DNA of 64,000 bases. It comes from the human T2T-CHM13v2.0 reference genome, Homo sapiens. The translations under genes were made by a program, and so were the position numbers. This document shows, piece by piece, positions 52,899 through 63,860 of this stretch. The stretch's first letter is position 1, and each line of letters begins with the position of its first letter. The notes under the pieces are model-generated. The model was not told where the DNA came from. It did no database searches and saw nothing but the letters and a program-made list of their open reading frames with translations. The stretch is taken from NCBI RefSeq assembly GCF_009914755.1, contig NC_060947.1. One strand, given 5' to 3'.

Positions 52899-54234
52899 CC
52901 ATCCCATGGTGGTGGCATATTGATAGGGATTCTGATAGCCCCTCTTATTGCCCCAATTATATGGGTGGGGGGCATTAGAGAAGGATAGCTTTCAATTATT
53001 CTAATAGCCCCTGGCCCAGGACTGCATCTTTGGAGACATAGCCTGGAGCTTTTGGCTTCTTCAGAGTTGAAGTTTGTCTTCCATTGCACAGGCAGGAACA
53101 CTGAGCTGGAGTGAACCAGATGGTCTTTATGAACCAAAGTGGAACTTACACAACAGGATTTAGATGGGTAGTCTAGCGATGTGTTTATGCATTTGTGCGT
53201 ATGTGTGTGTGCTGGTGTTGAGAAGCAGGGGCAGAACCTCTGAGGAAGAGAGGCCTCACATGAACAGCTGTGAGGAGGTGGAAGTGAAGCCAGTATATTC
53301 AGAGGAGAATGAGGAGGTGTCAGATTGGCCCCACAGCAGCAGGAAAGCTGAGCATCTGAGACCAGATGCTGGGAGATACCAAAGTTTGCCTGAACACCTT
53401 GTATGGATTTAAGTTTAATGAAACCAAGGGGCTTCAGGTGGTCTATGCCCTGCCTGAGTAAGACTGACGTATTTAGGCTCCCTTTCCCCCTCCAAAGGAT
53501 ACTTTCTGGCTACATAATACTTTAGGCAATGCTTTCTGTGCCCACCCAGGATGAGGTGCTGACCCAGGCCCAGCTGGGGGGAAGCTTTATGGATGTTCCA
53601 ACTGCTTTTCATCCACGCACCAGGCTCATTTGTGCCAGATGAAAGGGCACAATAATAACAGTGGCAATTTAAATCGTGCTTCTCACTTTCCCCCTGAAAA
53701 GTGGCGAAGTGACTCACCACTGTTGAATTGTCCCTCTCTATCCACCCCCTGACCTCTTTGCAGCAGTCTAGGCTGGTTCCCTGGGGGCTAAGCTGGGAGC
53801 TAGAGCTTCCAGAGGCCCTTTAGCTGTGACTGGGATGACATCATGCCCCCCCATAAATGTGTTCCCCAAAATGCGATGTATTGCTTTAATTTGGGTTTCT
53901 CAGATGAGGCTGCTTGGAAGGCATTAGAGCAGCATGAGCCCCATTAGGCAAGTGCAGTGCCCCCCGACTCATGAATAATATAAAATGGGGTCCATTCAGT
54001 AATCTTTTCTGAGGGAGAGGCTCTGCTTGTTTTTCTACATGCAGTTTGGTATGCAGATGCTTGCTCTATTTGAAATTCGCCATATACCAACTTCTGGTAG
54101 TGATATTGTAAAAATGGGTCTGGGGGAGCTGTGAAATCATTCTGTTACTCCACCCTGATTCTTCACCTCCATTTCCCTCCATACCCAAATCCCCTGACCC
54201 TGTGGCTAGAAAATGTTCATTTTCAACTCTTTCT

Positions 54235-54260
54235 TTCAGCACCAGCCTACGGAGAGCTCC
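54235..54260 (+). promoter_or_regulatory. Non-canonical (7-nt spacer) RE1/NRSE REST-binding site
   Basis: TTCAGCACC-agcctac-GGAGAGCTCC versus consensus TTCAGCACC-nn-GGACAGCGCC. Confidence 0.55.
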
Positions 54261-54509
54261 CAGAACTGGAGCTAGTGAGGTGCACTTGTGCCTAGAGTAA
54301 TTACAGATTTTGAAGTATCAACAAAGCAGGTAATTAGGTGGAGAAAGTATCCGCTGTCTGGGAGACAAAGACAGTAATTATGATGAGTACTCTTGGTGCT
54401 GTCAGTAAACTCAAAAGAAAGATTTGTAGAGAAATGATAATGTTTGATAGAAACTTCAATGTCTAGCAGGAATCAGGGGACTCTTAGTAAAGCCACCTGG
54501 TATGTAATA

Positions 54510-54762
54510 CAGGTTTAGGAAATATGGTAGACCTGAGTTCAAATACCAGCTCAGCCTCCTAGGGTCTGTGTGATCTTGGGGAAATTACTTAACTACTCTG
54601 AGCCTGATGTATGAAGTGTAAAAATAGCAATAATTATAGCTCTGTCTACCTTACAGGATCATTGTAAGGACCCAAGGAGATAATGCATGTCAGAACACTT
54701 AGCACAATGCCCAGTACACAGTAGGTACTTAACAAATGGCAACATTATTATTATTATTACAA
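54510..54762 (+). mobile_element. MIR
   Basis: gacctgagttcaaataccagctc...cacttagcacaatgcccagtacacagtagg. Confidence 0.8.
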
Positions 54763-55079
54763 CTATCCTTGCTACATACCAGGTATTCTCTACAGCCGTT
54801 CAGAGTTTAAAAAGGGAAAGAAATGATTGCAGTTATGTATGATCATGGCATGAGAAGTATGAAGGGTGTAATTGTGGTGGCTCAAAGAAGCGAGCCCTCA
54901 GTTGAGAGGGAAAAGTACAGAAGAGCAGAGAAAGTTTTGTGATTCTGGAGTTAGGTTTAAAAAAAATAAGTAGGAGTTTGTCACAAGGCCCAAGGGGAAA
55001 GGGCTTCCAGGCAACTGGATCTGCCCACACAAAGCCAAAAAGGTGTGAAACAGCCAGGCCCTGAGCAAATAGTTGGGCT

Positions 55080-55360
55080 CAGCTAGGCACCAGCTGGGAT
55101 CTCCTGGGCGGGGGAGGGGTGTCAGGTCAGAGACCAAGAATCTTTCCAGCTTACTCCCACCAGCCCCTGTATCGCGCCCTAGGCGCCCTACCTGGCCAAT
55201 CACGTGCGGTGCCCTCCTCTTCTTTCCTTTAAGCAGCCAGGTACATTCACACCCTGCCCCAGCGGGCCTTGCCGACACAGAGGTGGGCGGGCAGGCGAAC
55301 CCCCACGGTGAAGATCAGACCAGCGGGAACCCCTGCCGGGGTCGCGGCCCCTACTTCCTT
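55080..55360 (+). promoter_or_regulatory. Intronic promoter-like segment (GC box, CCAAT, E-box)
   Basis: GGGCGGGGG 55106-55114, CCAATCACGTG 55196-55206, TTTAAG 55228-55233, local CpG enrichment. Confidence 0.55.
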
Positions 55361-55399
55361 TCTTCTCTCAGTCCCAGCCCAACGTCCCACTCGTCCCCG

Positions 55400-56092
55400 C
55401 CCCCAACCACACACACGGTCACTTGGGTTCTTTTAGACAACCCTGTACTCTCACACACCGCACCCATACACTTACGCGGCAATCCCCCTTCAAGACACAC
55501 ACAACCCCTTCATCCAAGCACGTAAGCTGACCACATGCGTCCACACCACACACATGAGAACATCACACCAAAAGACACACACCGCACCCTCACATGCATA
55601 AACCTTTGAACACACATCTCAAGTAGATTGACTTATAGAGAAATCTTGCACACGCACACATTCACACACTACACAGTTCAACAGACACCACCTGTAAACC
55701 CACATTGACACACTGCATCTAAGCATAAACACACTCCACACATATGCACACAAGCTTCAACGGGCACACACACATCCACACATTGCACACACATATACAC
55801 TCACCACAGCACGACCACAAACCCCGGCAGGAACAGCACACACCCACCTTCAAACCGCACCCACATAATCCCACTATAATCGGGCAGAAACATACAACCT
55901 ATAAGCGTGCACACACAAACACATGCTGCATGTCAAAGCGCAAACCAAATACACACCACACCAAGCACTCCAGCTAAAACGTGCTCCGCGCACACACCCC
56001 CCACACCCGGCCACACACCGAACGCACACACAGATCTACCGCACCCGCGCGCGCGCACACACGCTTACATGCATACATACATACATACACAG
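55400..56092. repeat. About 700-nt CA-rich low-complexity tract ending in (CG)n(CA)n(TACA)n
   Basis: Direct observation. Confidence 0.85.
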
Positions 56093-57150
56093 CCCGCCCC
56101 CGCCTTCCCTTTGGGCGGAAGAGAAGGGGGCGAGGAGGAGAGGAGGGGAAAAAAGGAGGGGGGATGAGCGAGCCAGGCGGGGCGGGCACAGATGCTCTTT
56201 TCCTTTTGACCTGGGGTGTTGCCCCCATGTTCCCCATTCCCAAGCAAAGGGAGTAAGTGAGTTGGATCCAAGGAAAATCCAGGCGGAACCCAGGAAAACA
56301 AGAAGGTCTAGGGAATCAGCGAGCTGGCGCGAGGTCTCCGCGGGGACCCTGACTCAGCGCACTGTCGACCCCGCCGGAGGCTCCTCCTCCCAGTACCCTC
56401 CCCCTGGCCCTTTCACTGCCTTGACCTCTGTCCCCCTCCGCACCCCCACCCTCAGCCAGGACATGTGCTTCTCTCCCCGGCCCCCACCCGCCCCCACCCC
56501 CCGAGCCCCACTGGAGAGAACTGGCCACTGTTAAGGGTTGAGGGCTTTATTGGTTTCAAGAAGTAAGGAGTTAAGACTGGCAGACAAGCTTTTTGCGAAG
56601 CCTGTTCTAATCTAGCTTGAAGACTTTTCTTAATGGAGAGCTCACTCTTTCTCAAAGCATCACATTTTCTACGTAAAGGGCAATGGCTATTAGAAATCCC
56701 CGACCCCGCGCTGGACACATAGTAGGGCTCTCTAAATGTTCCCCCCTCCCGCTTATGTCACCACATTTGGCAAGGCTGTCTGCAGCCTAGCACTGGCTCG
56801 CAACAGCTGTTGGGCAGTCAGTCGGTGAGCTCTTTTCTTAGCCCACTAGCCCTCCTGAAAACAGCAGCTTCGGACTGGGCGCCACAGGCGGCAGGGGGCG
56901 ATAGAGTCGCTAACGGTGCTTTGCACTTCTGGTTCTGGCCGCACAGCCCCTGTGAGAATCTCTGAGGTGCCCTCCCGCCATAAGCGGACTATGCGAGTGG
57001 TGGCGGCGGGGGTCACTCCGGAATGATCCGCGGCCAGATGACTTTCTGGCTCCTGTCCTCCACTTGCTTCTTTTCTGTGGAGATGGACAGCAAGGGAAAG
57101 GGAGATGGACCTCCCCCTCCGACTACCCCGTGGCGCATTATGTAAAGTGT
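55960..57150. promoter_or_regulatory. CpG-rich intronic segment, candidate alternative promoter or first exon
   Basis: CpG-rich 55980-56500 and 56860-57140, GC boxes CCCGCCCCCGCC, donor GGA|GTAAGT at 56252/56253. Confidence 0.55.
56886..56904 (+). promoter_or_regulatory. Candidate CTCF site
   Basis: AGGCGGCAGGGGGCGATAG resembles the CTCF core CCASYAGRKGGCRS. Confidence 0.45.
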
Positions 57151-57908
57151 CATGTAAAAATACCCAGGCTTCAGAGTTCTTTATAGGTTCGAATCCCAGC
57201 TCTGCCACTTCTTAGCTGACTAACGTGGTAAGTCGCTGGCTTAGGTCGCGGGGTAGTTGTGAGGCTTAGAGGAAGTAACATATGTGAAGTACTTCTTCCA
57301 GTTAACATACAGAGGATGTCCATTCCCTCCCTCTTTCCCCCACCCTCTTCAAAAATATAAAGATATGGGAGTTTAAAAGAAAGGGGATTAGAGTCTGGCA
57401 GGGGGGACATGGCCACCAGCTGATGCTCCCAAGCCAGGCCAGAAACACAGAGGACGGGCAGGAGTTCAGTTAACTTGCAATATGCTGTATTTAAGGGAAA
57501 TGCCTGCACCAATGATTTGGTGATGCCATTCACTGGCCACAAGAGAATCCAGGTCACAACTCCAATCCTTGGATTTGTGATGAGGCTGTTCTGCCCATCA
57601 CCTCCCCTCCTTACAAGGACTTCCTAACTCACCTCCACTTGTATTCTTTTCCTTCTTACAGAGATGCCACAGTAATATTTTTAAACTTCTTGTGAGCACT
57701 CCTTGGGTGCCAGGAATGTCTCCTGTTAACTTATGTCCCAGCAGCATCTAGCGCTGTGCCAGACACACAGTGCAAGCGCTATACAGGCGGCAAGAGATGT
57801 CCTGGGTGAAATCCCTAGGAAACATTGAGACTCGAGGGTACATGAGGAGTTATCATAAGGAACCTAAAGAGAGGACCCTAGGCACTGCAGGGATGGAGGG
57901 CAGTGGCT

Positions 57909-57970
57909 TTGGATAAAGAGTTATTCCATTGGACAAAGAGTTATTCCATTGGACAAAGAGTTATTCCATT
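57909..57970. repeat. 20-bp tandem repeat, three copies
   Basis: GGA(T/C)AAAGAGTTATTCCATT at 57911, 57931 and 57951. Confidence 0.95.
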
Positions 57971-58965
57971 CCTCCTCAAAGCCCTCCACCTCTAAGCCTG
58001 TCTGGAAGAGCATTGCTTCACTGCGGCTGAGGCTTCTGCAGGCAACTAAGAAGAAAGCCTCTTTCCTGGAGGGCAGAGGCCCTGGCCAGCTAGAGGGTGA
58101 TTCACCATCTCAGTTAGGTAGCAGAGATGGCGCTAAAGTGGCAATGAATCAGTCCAAGATGGCATGAGGAGATTACCTGAGTGATGATGAGAAGGGGGAT
58201 GAGGCAGGAGCCTGAGCCCTTGAGGCTGGGACTGAGTGATAGAACGTCTATATTCATATGCACAAAGTCAGCTCCTAACCTGCCTCCCCAGTTCCACAAC
58301 CAAGTCCCCAAGGATAGCATTGGCACACTCCTGGGGAGGGGAATGTTTGGGAGACTTGGGTTCCAATCCTGACTCTGCTACTTACTATGTGACTTTGGGC
58401 AAGTTATTTTCCCCTCTCTGGGCTTCAGTGGCAAGGTAAGTGCTAGGTACTTCACCTATGTCATTTCACACATTCCTCTCCACGGTATTATTGGAGCACT
58501 AATTTTCCTATTTCGCAGTTGAGAAAACTGAGGCTGAGTGATATTTTGTTATCTACCTTCTCTCTATATCATGCGGTCTTTGTGTATGTATGTTACCAGG
58601 CAATCGCTGTAATCCAGGCCTCTTCTAGTATGCCAGTCCTCTATTTAAATTGGATCCCTATGTACTCAGGTTCAAATCGTGTCTCCCAGCTGCCCCCAAT
58701 ACCAGCCCATGTTGCTAGTTACCTGGGTGGGTTTTCTTTTCCTCTCCGGCGACACCCTCTCCCACCTCAACTCAAGTTTTTTTCCTGGCATATAGGTCTA
58801 AAATCTCACATTAAAAAGCAAGCGTCACCAGAAAGACGTACTCCAATGTTTTGTGTTTTATCACAGTGGAGGGTGCTGGTTGCAGGGTGCTGGTTGCAGG
58901 ATGCTGCAGTGAGGAAGGGGAGCAGAGCTTCCAGGGCCAGAGGGAGGGGCTGCAGAAAAATCCAG

Positions 58966-58981
58966 GGAGAGAGAGAAGACA

Positions 58982-59021
<40 letters not shown>

Positions 59022-59032
59022 CAGAGAAAGAG
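58966..59032. repeat. (GA)n/(GAGACA)n repeat
   Basis: Direct observation. Confidence 0.9.
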
Positions 59033-60121
59033 GGGATGCCAGGGACAAATTGGACCAGCCTCAAACTGCTGCTCCCTCCCTTTCTCCCCCTCTACTTACC
59101 TGGTGCTCTAGAATGTATAAAGGGGCAGCACCCAGTCCACTTACAGCAGGAGGAGAGGGAGAGATCCTCTCCTCTCCTCTCCTTCAATGGAAGGGCAAAT
59201 TGTCCTGAGTATTCAAATTGTACTCCTGTGTTGGGTAAGATTTATTTAATTCTGGGGGGAGGGGAGGGCGAGGGCCTCATCATGGTAGCAATGATGGTGA
59301 GGTGGCACTTAAATTGAAAAGAGCACCACCAGTGCTGCTTAGAGCCAGACGCTCTCTCTCTTTACTAGAGGATAAGTGAAACTTGACACTGGGCTTCTGG
59401 ATCTTATTTCCAATCCAGGCACCTAAGAGTCATATCTCTGAGCCTTTGGAGAATAAGTCCATGTCTGCCTGGGCTTCCACAGCAGCTATACTTGGAGCCA
59501 GCAGCTGTACTCTATCCTTTCCCTTCCTTTTTCTTCCTTCTCTCCTTTGCCCAGGCTCTGCTTCCCCATGTTTCCCTCTTGCTGGGCTCACCCATAGTCT
59601 CTTATATTCTTGACTCTTCTCTTTCTTCTCCATTTCTGTCCCTCTTTGTTGACAACACTGTCCCTTGTGCATTTACTTGGCCCAAGACAGGAGAGAATTC
59701 AATTGGGGGGGGTGTAATTGTGTATTTGAAATTCTCCCACTTAAGATCTTGTGATTATAACCCCATATTGCCCTTGTTGCATCAGATAAGAATATTAAGC
59801 TCTTGTAAATTATATATTTTTGCTTGGTTGAATGGTGATTTGTATATATGATTGGTGGGCTGCAGTTTAGAAGAGAGTATTTTTGGAAGAGGTATTAAAA
59901 GGTAAGATGGTTTGGGCTGGTGTAGATGGCCTCCTGACTTCTCTAAGTGCCTAGATATGCAAAGAAGACAGTACATGAAAAATTAAGACTATAGTAGTGG
60001 GGGGCAGGGGTGGGAGACCATTGCCAGCCAGGTCGATGGAGGACTTTGTGAAGTCAGCTTCTGTTTTGCTCTTGCTGATCATTGAACTTTGAAAAAAATG
60101 ACCTTTTTATCTCTGAGTTTG

Positions 60122-60165
60122 GAAGACCAGAGGCCCTAGACAAGAAGACCAGAGGCCCTAGACAG
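60122..60165. repeat. 22-bp tandem duplication
   Basis: GAAGACCAGAGGCCCTAGACA(A/G) twice. Confidence 0.9.
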
Positions 60166-60659
60166 GAAGGGGAAACAAAAAGCAGAAAGAGTGAGGCAAG
60201 GAGGGGAAAGGACTATTCCTTGTGCAGTCCTTGTGTGCAAAGGGCCAACAAAGAATGTCCCCTGCCCTCAAATGCCACACCAGTCAAGGCAGAAGGGAAG
60301 CAAAGTGCTGTGGCAAATTGTGTGCTGAGCTGGGATCCAGGAGTTCTGGACCTTCATCTTGGCTCTGCCACTAATTAGCTGTGTCCTTGGGTAAGTTTCT
60401 TAACCATCTGAACCTCCATTTCTGCTCTTCCTTCACTTGTACTGTGAGATTGTGTGGCATGGCCAGGGGAGGGGAGGTTCAGAGCATTCAGAGGGAAGGG
60501 ACCCTTGGGCTGAATCTTGAAGGAGAGCTCTGCTTTGAATAGGGGAGAGAAGATTGTGGGGTACAGTGAGAACCAGTGGGAGTGGCCCAGAGAATTCAGC
60601 AAACAGGTATACGTAAGGCACTGAGCTGGCTGCTGGGTAGAAAATTGCTATGAATCAGC

Positions 60660-61460
60660 CCCCTCCTCACCGCGGCAAGCTTTCCAGAGAGTAGGGGAAT
60701 CTGAGAGGCAGAGCCAAGCGCTGGCAGTGCCTGCAGCTCCTCTCAGCACTACCCGCTGCCGCCCGCCGGACTGTCGAGCAGGTCACGCAGCCTTTCCCTG
60801 GCCGGACCAAGAGGCTCGCCAAGAGGTAGTGCAGGGGTAGGGCACCAGTGGCCTGAGCGCAGCCCACTGCGGGGTGAGAGAGGGAGGTGAGGGCACTTCC
60901 ACGTGGAAGGCCCGACGTGAGGGAGGGAGAGGAGACCTGAGAGTGTGGAACAAGTTGCCCAGGCTTTTGCGTTCGATGTCTCAAACGTAAGAGCGCAAGA
61001 AAGATTTAATTTTTCTAATTCTCAGAGGAGCAGGAAGCAGTGAGTGGTTTCCGCGCGCCGCAGGGCTTTGTTTAACTTTACAGGTTCTGCGCTGCCTGGA
61101 GCTACCCAGGGGCAGGACCCGCGCAGCGCACCTCAACCCAGCCTAAAGGCCATGCTCTGCAGCGCAGTGGCAGCCAGAGACCCAGGGCAACCCCGAGAGG
61201 CAGAGGGCGCACATTCCGCAGCCCCCTACCCTCACCTCTGTCCCTAGCTCAGAGCCGAGGGCACGCAGCGGGACGGGTGCTCGGGCGGAGGGTCGGAGGT
61301 GGAGACAGGCTCAGTCCCCTGCACTCTGGCCCCTTGGAGGGGCTTGGGGGTGGTGGGCTCTCTCTTCAACTGCGAATAGCAGCCGTGTGGCCCTGTGTCC
61401 CGGAGTTAGCTAAGTCCAGTGGAAGAATCAAGGACTTTGCAGACGTGAGAGTTGTGTCTC
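60660..61460. promoter_or_regulatory. CpG-rich intronic segment, candidate alternative promoter or first exon
   Basis: High GC and CpG, CCACGTGG E-box at about 60899, donor GCA|GTGAGT at 61039/61040. Confidence 0.55.
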
Positions 61461-61641
61461 TACAGTGCCCTTAGATAAACAGAATGATAATAAATTATGC
61501 CAGTATGTTTCGGGCTTGGAGACGCTCTCTGACTTGCCCAAGGCCACCCAGCTGCTTAGTAACTGAGGAGGCCTCCTGACTCCTGGTCTAGGGATTTTTC
61601 TGATTGCGTCATAGCCATGAGAGTGGTCCAATTTTGAATGG

Positions 61642-61685
61642 GGATGGATAGATGGATGGATGGATGGATAGACAGACAGACAGAT
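61642..61685. repeat. (GGAT)n(AGAC)n tetranucleotide repeat
   Basis: Direct observation. Confidence 0.85.
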
Positions 61686-62142
61686 ATTGATATTTTTAAA
61701 AATATGCTTATTTGAATGTAGTTTTAAAATACCATTCCTGCCATGAAAACTACAGGGAAAAACATCTCCCACAGCCCCAGTTCCCTATGACAGCCACTCA
61801 GACAGGATTTTGAAAAAGAAAACTGACAGAAAATTGGATGCTTGTTGGGGAAGATACGATCAAAGGAGAATAGAGGGGGTAGGAGTGGGGGAACAAAGAT
61901 GGAGGAGAAGAAGCTCTCAGCACGGATTCTGAGAACTTCCTTATTCTGAAGGTTTCTTTGATATGGCCTCTGTTCAGATGGCTTCCGGGAGTGTCCCCAT
62001 CAGTCCTTTATTTCTTATGCCCACTCTGTAGAAGCCACAGATGTGGTCTGGAGAGGCAAATATTGATGACCCTTCTTTTAATTAAGTCTCATTTCCCTTT
62101 TTCCCTCTCTTGTAGTGAGTACATCGAAGAAGGGAATTTTGT

Positions 62143-62263
62143 ATGTGTGTGAGTGTGTGTGTGTGTGAGAGAGAGAGAGAGGGAAAATGCTTATGTAAGA
62201 GAGTGTAAGGGTGTGTGTGTACATGGATGTCTGTGAGTGGGAATATGTGTGTGTGTGTGTGTC
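62143..62263. repeat. (TG)n/(GA)n cluster
   Basis: Direct observation. Confidence 0.85.
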
Positions 62264-63049
62264 TGAAAGGGAGCAGGTCTCAAAGAGGGAAGCTTTGAGA
62301 GAGGCAAGGGAGATAAGAAGAATGAATCCGAATTTACAGAGTGCAAACTAAAAACTTATAGCTGACTAGGGATCTGTCCAGTGCTGGTGGGCCTGGGGAA
62401 ATAGTCAATTCTTAATATTCCTTAAAAGAACAAAGGAAAGGAAACATATTTAAATTAGTGCAAGAAAGATGATGTTAAACCCATGGGCCTTTCTTGATAG
62501 TCTTCAGACACTTGACATTTATGTGACCTTCGACTAGGCTGTGAGATCCCAGGGCAGGAACAAGGGCTTTCTACTCCAGGTAGCTCTCCCCTTCCCTCCA
62601 CCATCTCTAGCATGGGTGGCTTCCATACTGTGCCAAGGAAGCCAAAGTTCAGGATTAAATCCATTTTGTAGGCCAGTTAGCTTTTATCTACATTTCATAG
62701 ACTAGACTAATCCCCACATATCACACAGTTAGCTGCCTTGCATCTCTGATCATGAAAGACCCAGTGAAAATACAGTTCATCTTATCCCATCTAGAAGTGT
62801 GCTTCCTGCTGACAGTGGGTGAGTACCCATTTTCATCTTCAAAGGATGATACAGAGGCATTCTTCAGCAGGGGACACTATCTGCCTCATTCCAGATAGTA
62901 GCACTTCTGCTAAGTCTTCCTCTCAAGTTTGGCTCCCAGGTATTTTGGAGGGCAATTCCTCACCTTGCTTGTTTGCTTGCTTGGCATAGAAATGTACCCT
63001 TTGGAGAACACTTTCATTCTACCCTTTTATTTTATCTTCACAGCCACAC

Positions 63050-63421
63050 TTAATAGGTACCATGATTCTTGTTTTGTAAGGTCATGGATCTGAGGCTCAG
63101 AAAAGCAAGATAATTTGCTCTCTGTCACATAGTTAGTGAGTGTGTAAACTTACATGGAGTGAAGCTGGGATTTGAAGCTAAGTTCCAGTCTATATCACAG
63201 GACCTTGCCAGGATACCATGCTGTCAGGTTGGGGGTGGGCTGGGGTAAGAAATATGGTGAGATGCCTACACAGGGCTTTTGGTGTCTTTCTCCTCTGTCA
63301 ACTCCTCTCCTCTACCTTTCATAATAGTCTTTTTTTTCCAAAAATATATATATACTCTTCCTGTAAATATATATATACACACACACATATATAAACACAC
63401 ACACACGCATATATATGTGTG

Positions 63422-63466
<45 letters not shown>

Positions 63467-63860
63467 ATGTATCTATCTTTCTTTCTATCTTCATTTCCCA
63501 CGGAATGGCACAGAGCAATGTATAAAAATAATACCTCAAAAATCCAACCACATCCTTAGGAAAGAAGGTAGTCTTGGTTTAGACTTTCCCAGTTCCAGGC
63601 AGCAGATGTTGGTGGTGAATACCAAGAACTGCTATGGTTTGGTGGAAAGGGCAAGGCTTGAGTTGGGGATAGGAAGGGAGAGCTGGTTCCCAGATCATAT
63701 TCCTCCATGGCATTTTTGTGCAACTTTAGATAAGTCACAGCCTCTCCAAAGTCTTAGTTTGTTGCTATTGTAAAATGGGGAGGAAATATCCAACCTACCT
63801 CTTTCCCAGGGGTTATTGTAAGAATAAAGTGGCATGATTCATTTATTCATGAATCACGAA
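63050..63860. mobile_element. MIR (minus, about 63050-63225) and MIR (plus, about 63630-63860)
   Basis: ctgaggctcagaaaagcaagataatttgctc; tgtaaaatggggaggaaata. Confidence 0.65.
63343..63465. repeat. Compound (TA)/(CA)/(TG) microsatellite
   Basis: Direct observation. Confidence 0.92.

Noticed and set aside
55923-56534. 203-aa His/Thr/Arg-rich ORF
   Set aside because: It is a by-product of CA repeats and GC-rich, stop-poor sequence.
57909-57970. Direct repeats resembling a CRISPR array
   Set aside because: The units are contiguous with no spacers, there are no cas genes, and the context is mammalian.
58519-59208. Longest ORF in the track (229 aa)
   Set aside because: It starts at TTG inside a MIR, its RE/TE run comes from a GA repeat, and it resembles no known protein.
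59110-59242. TATAAAG with a downstream GTAAGA as a possible further first exon
   Set aside because: There is no CpG or other promoter support, and such motifs are expected by chance.
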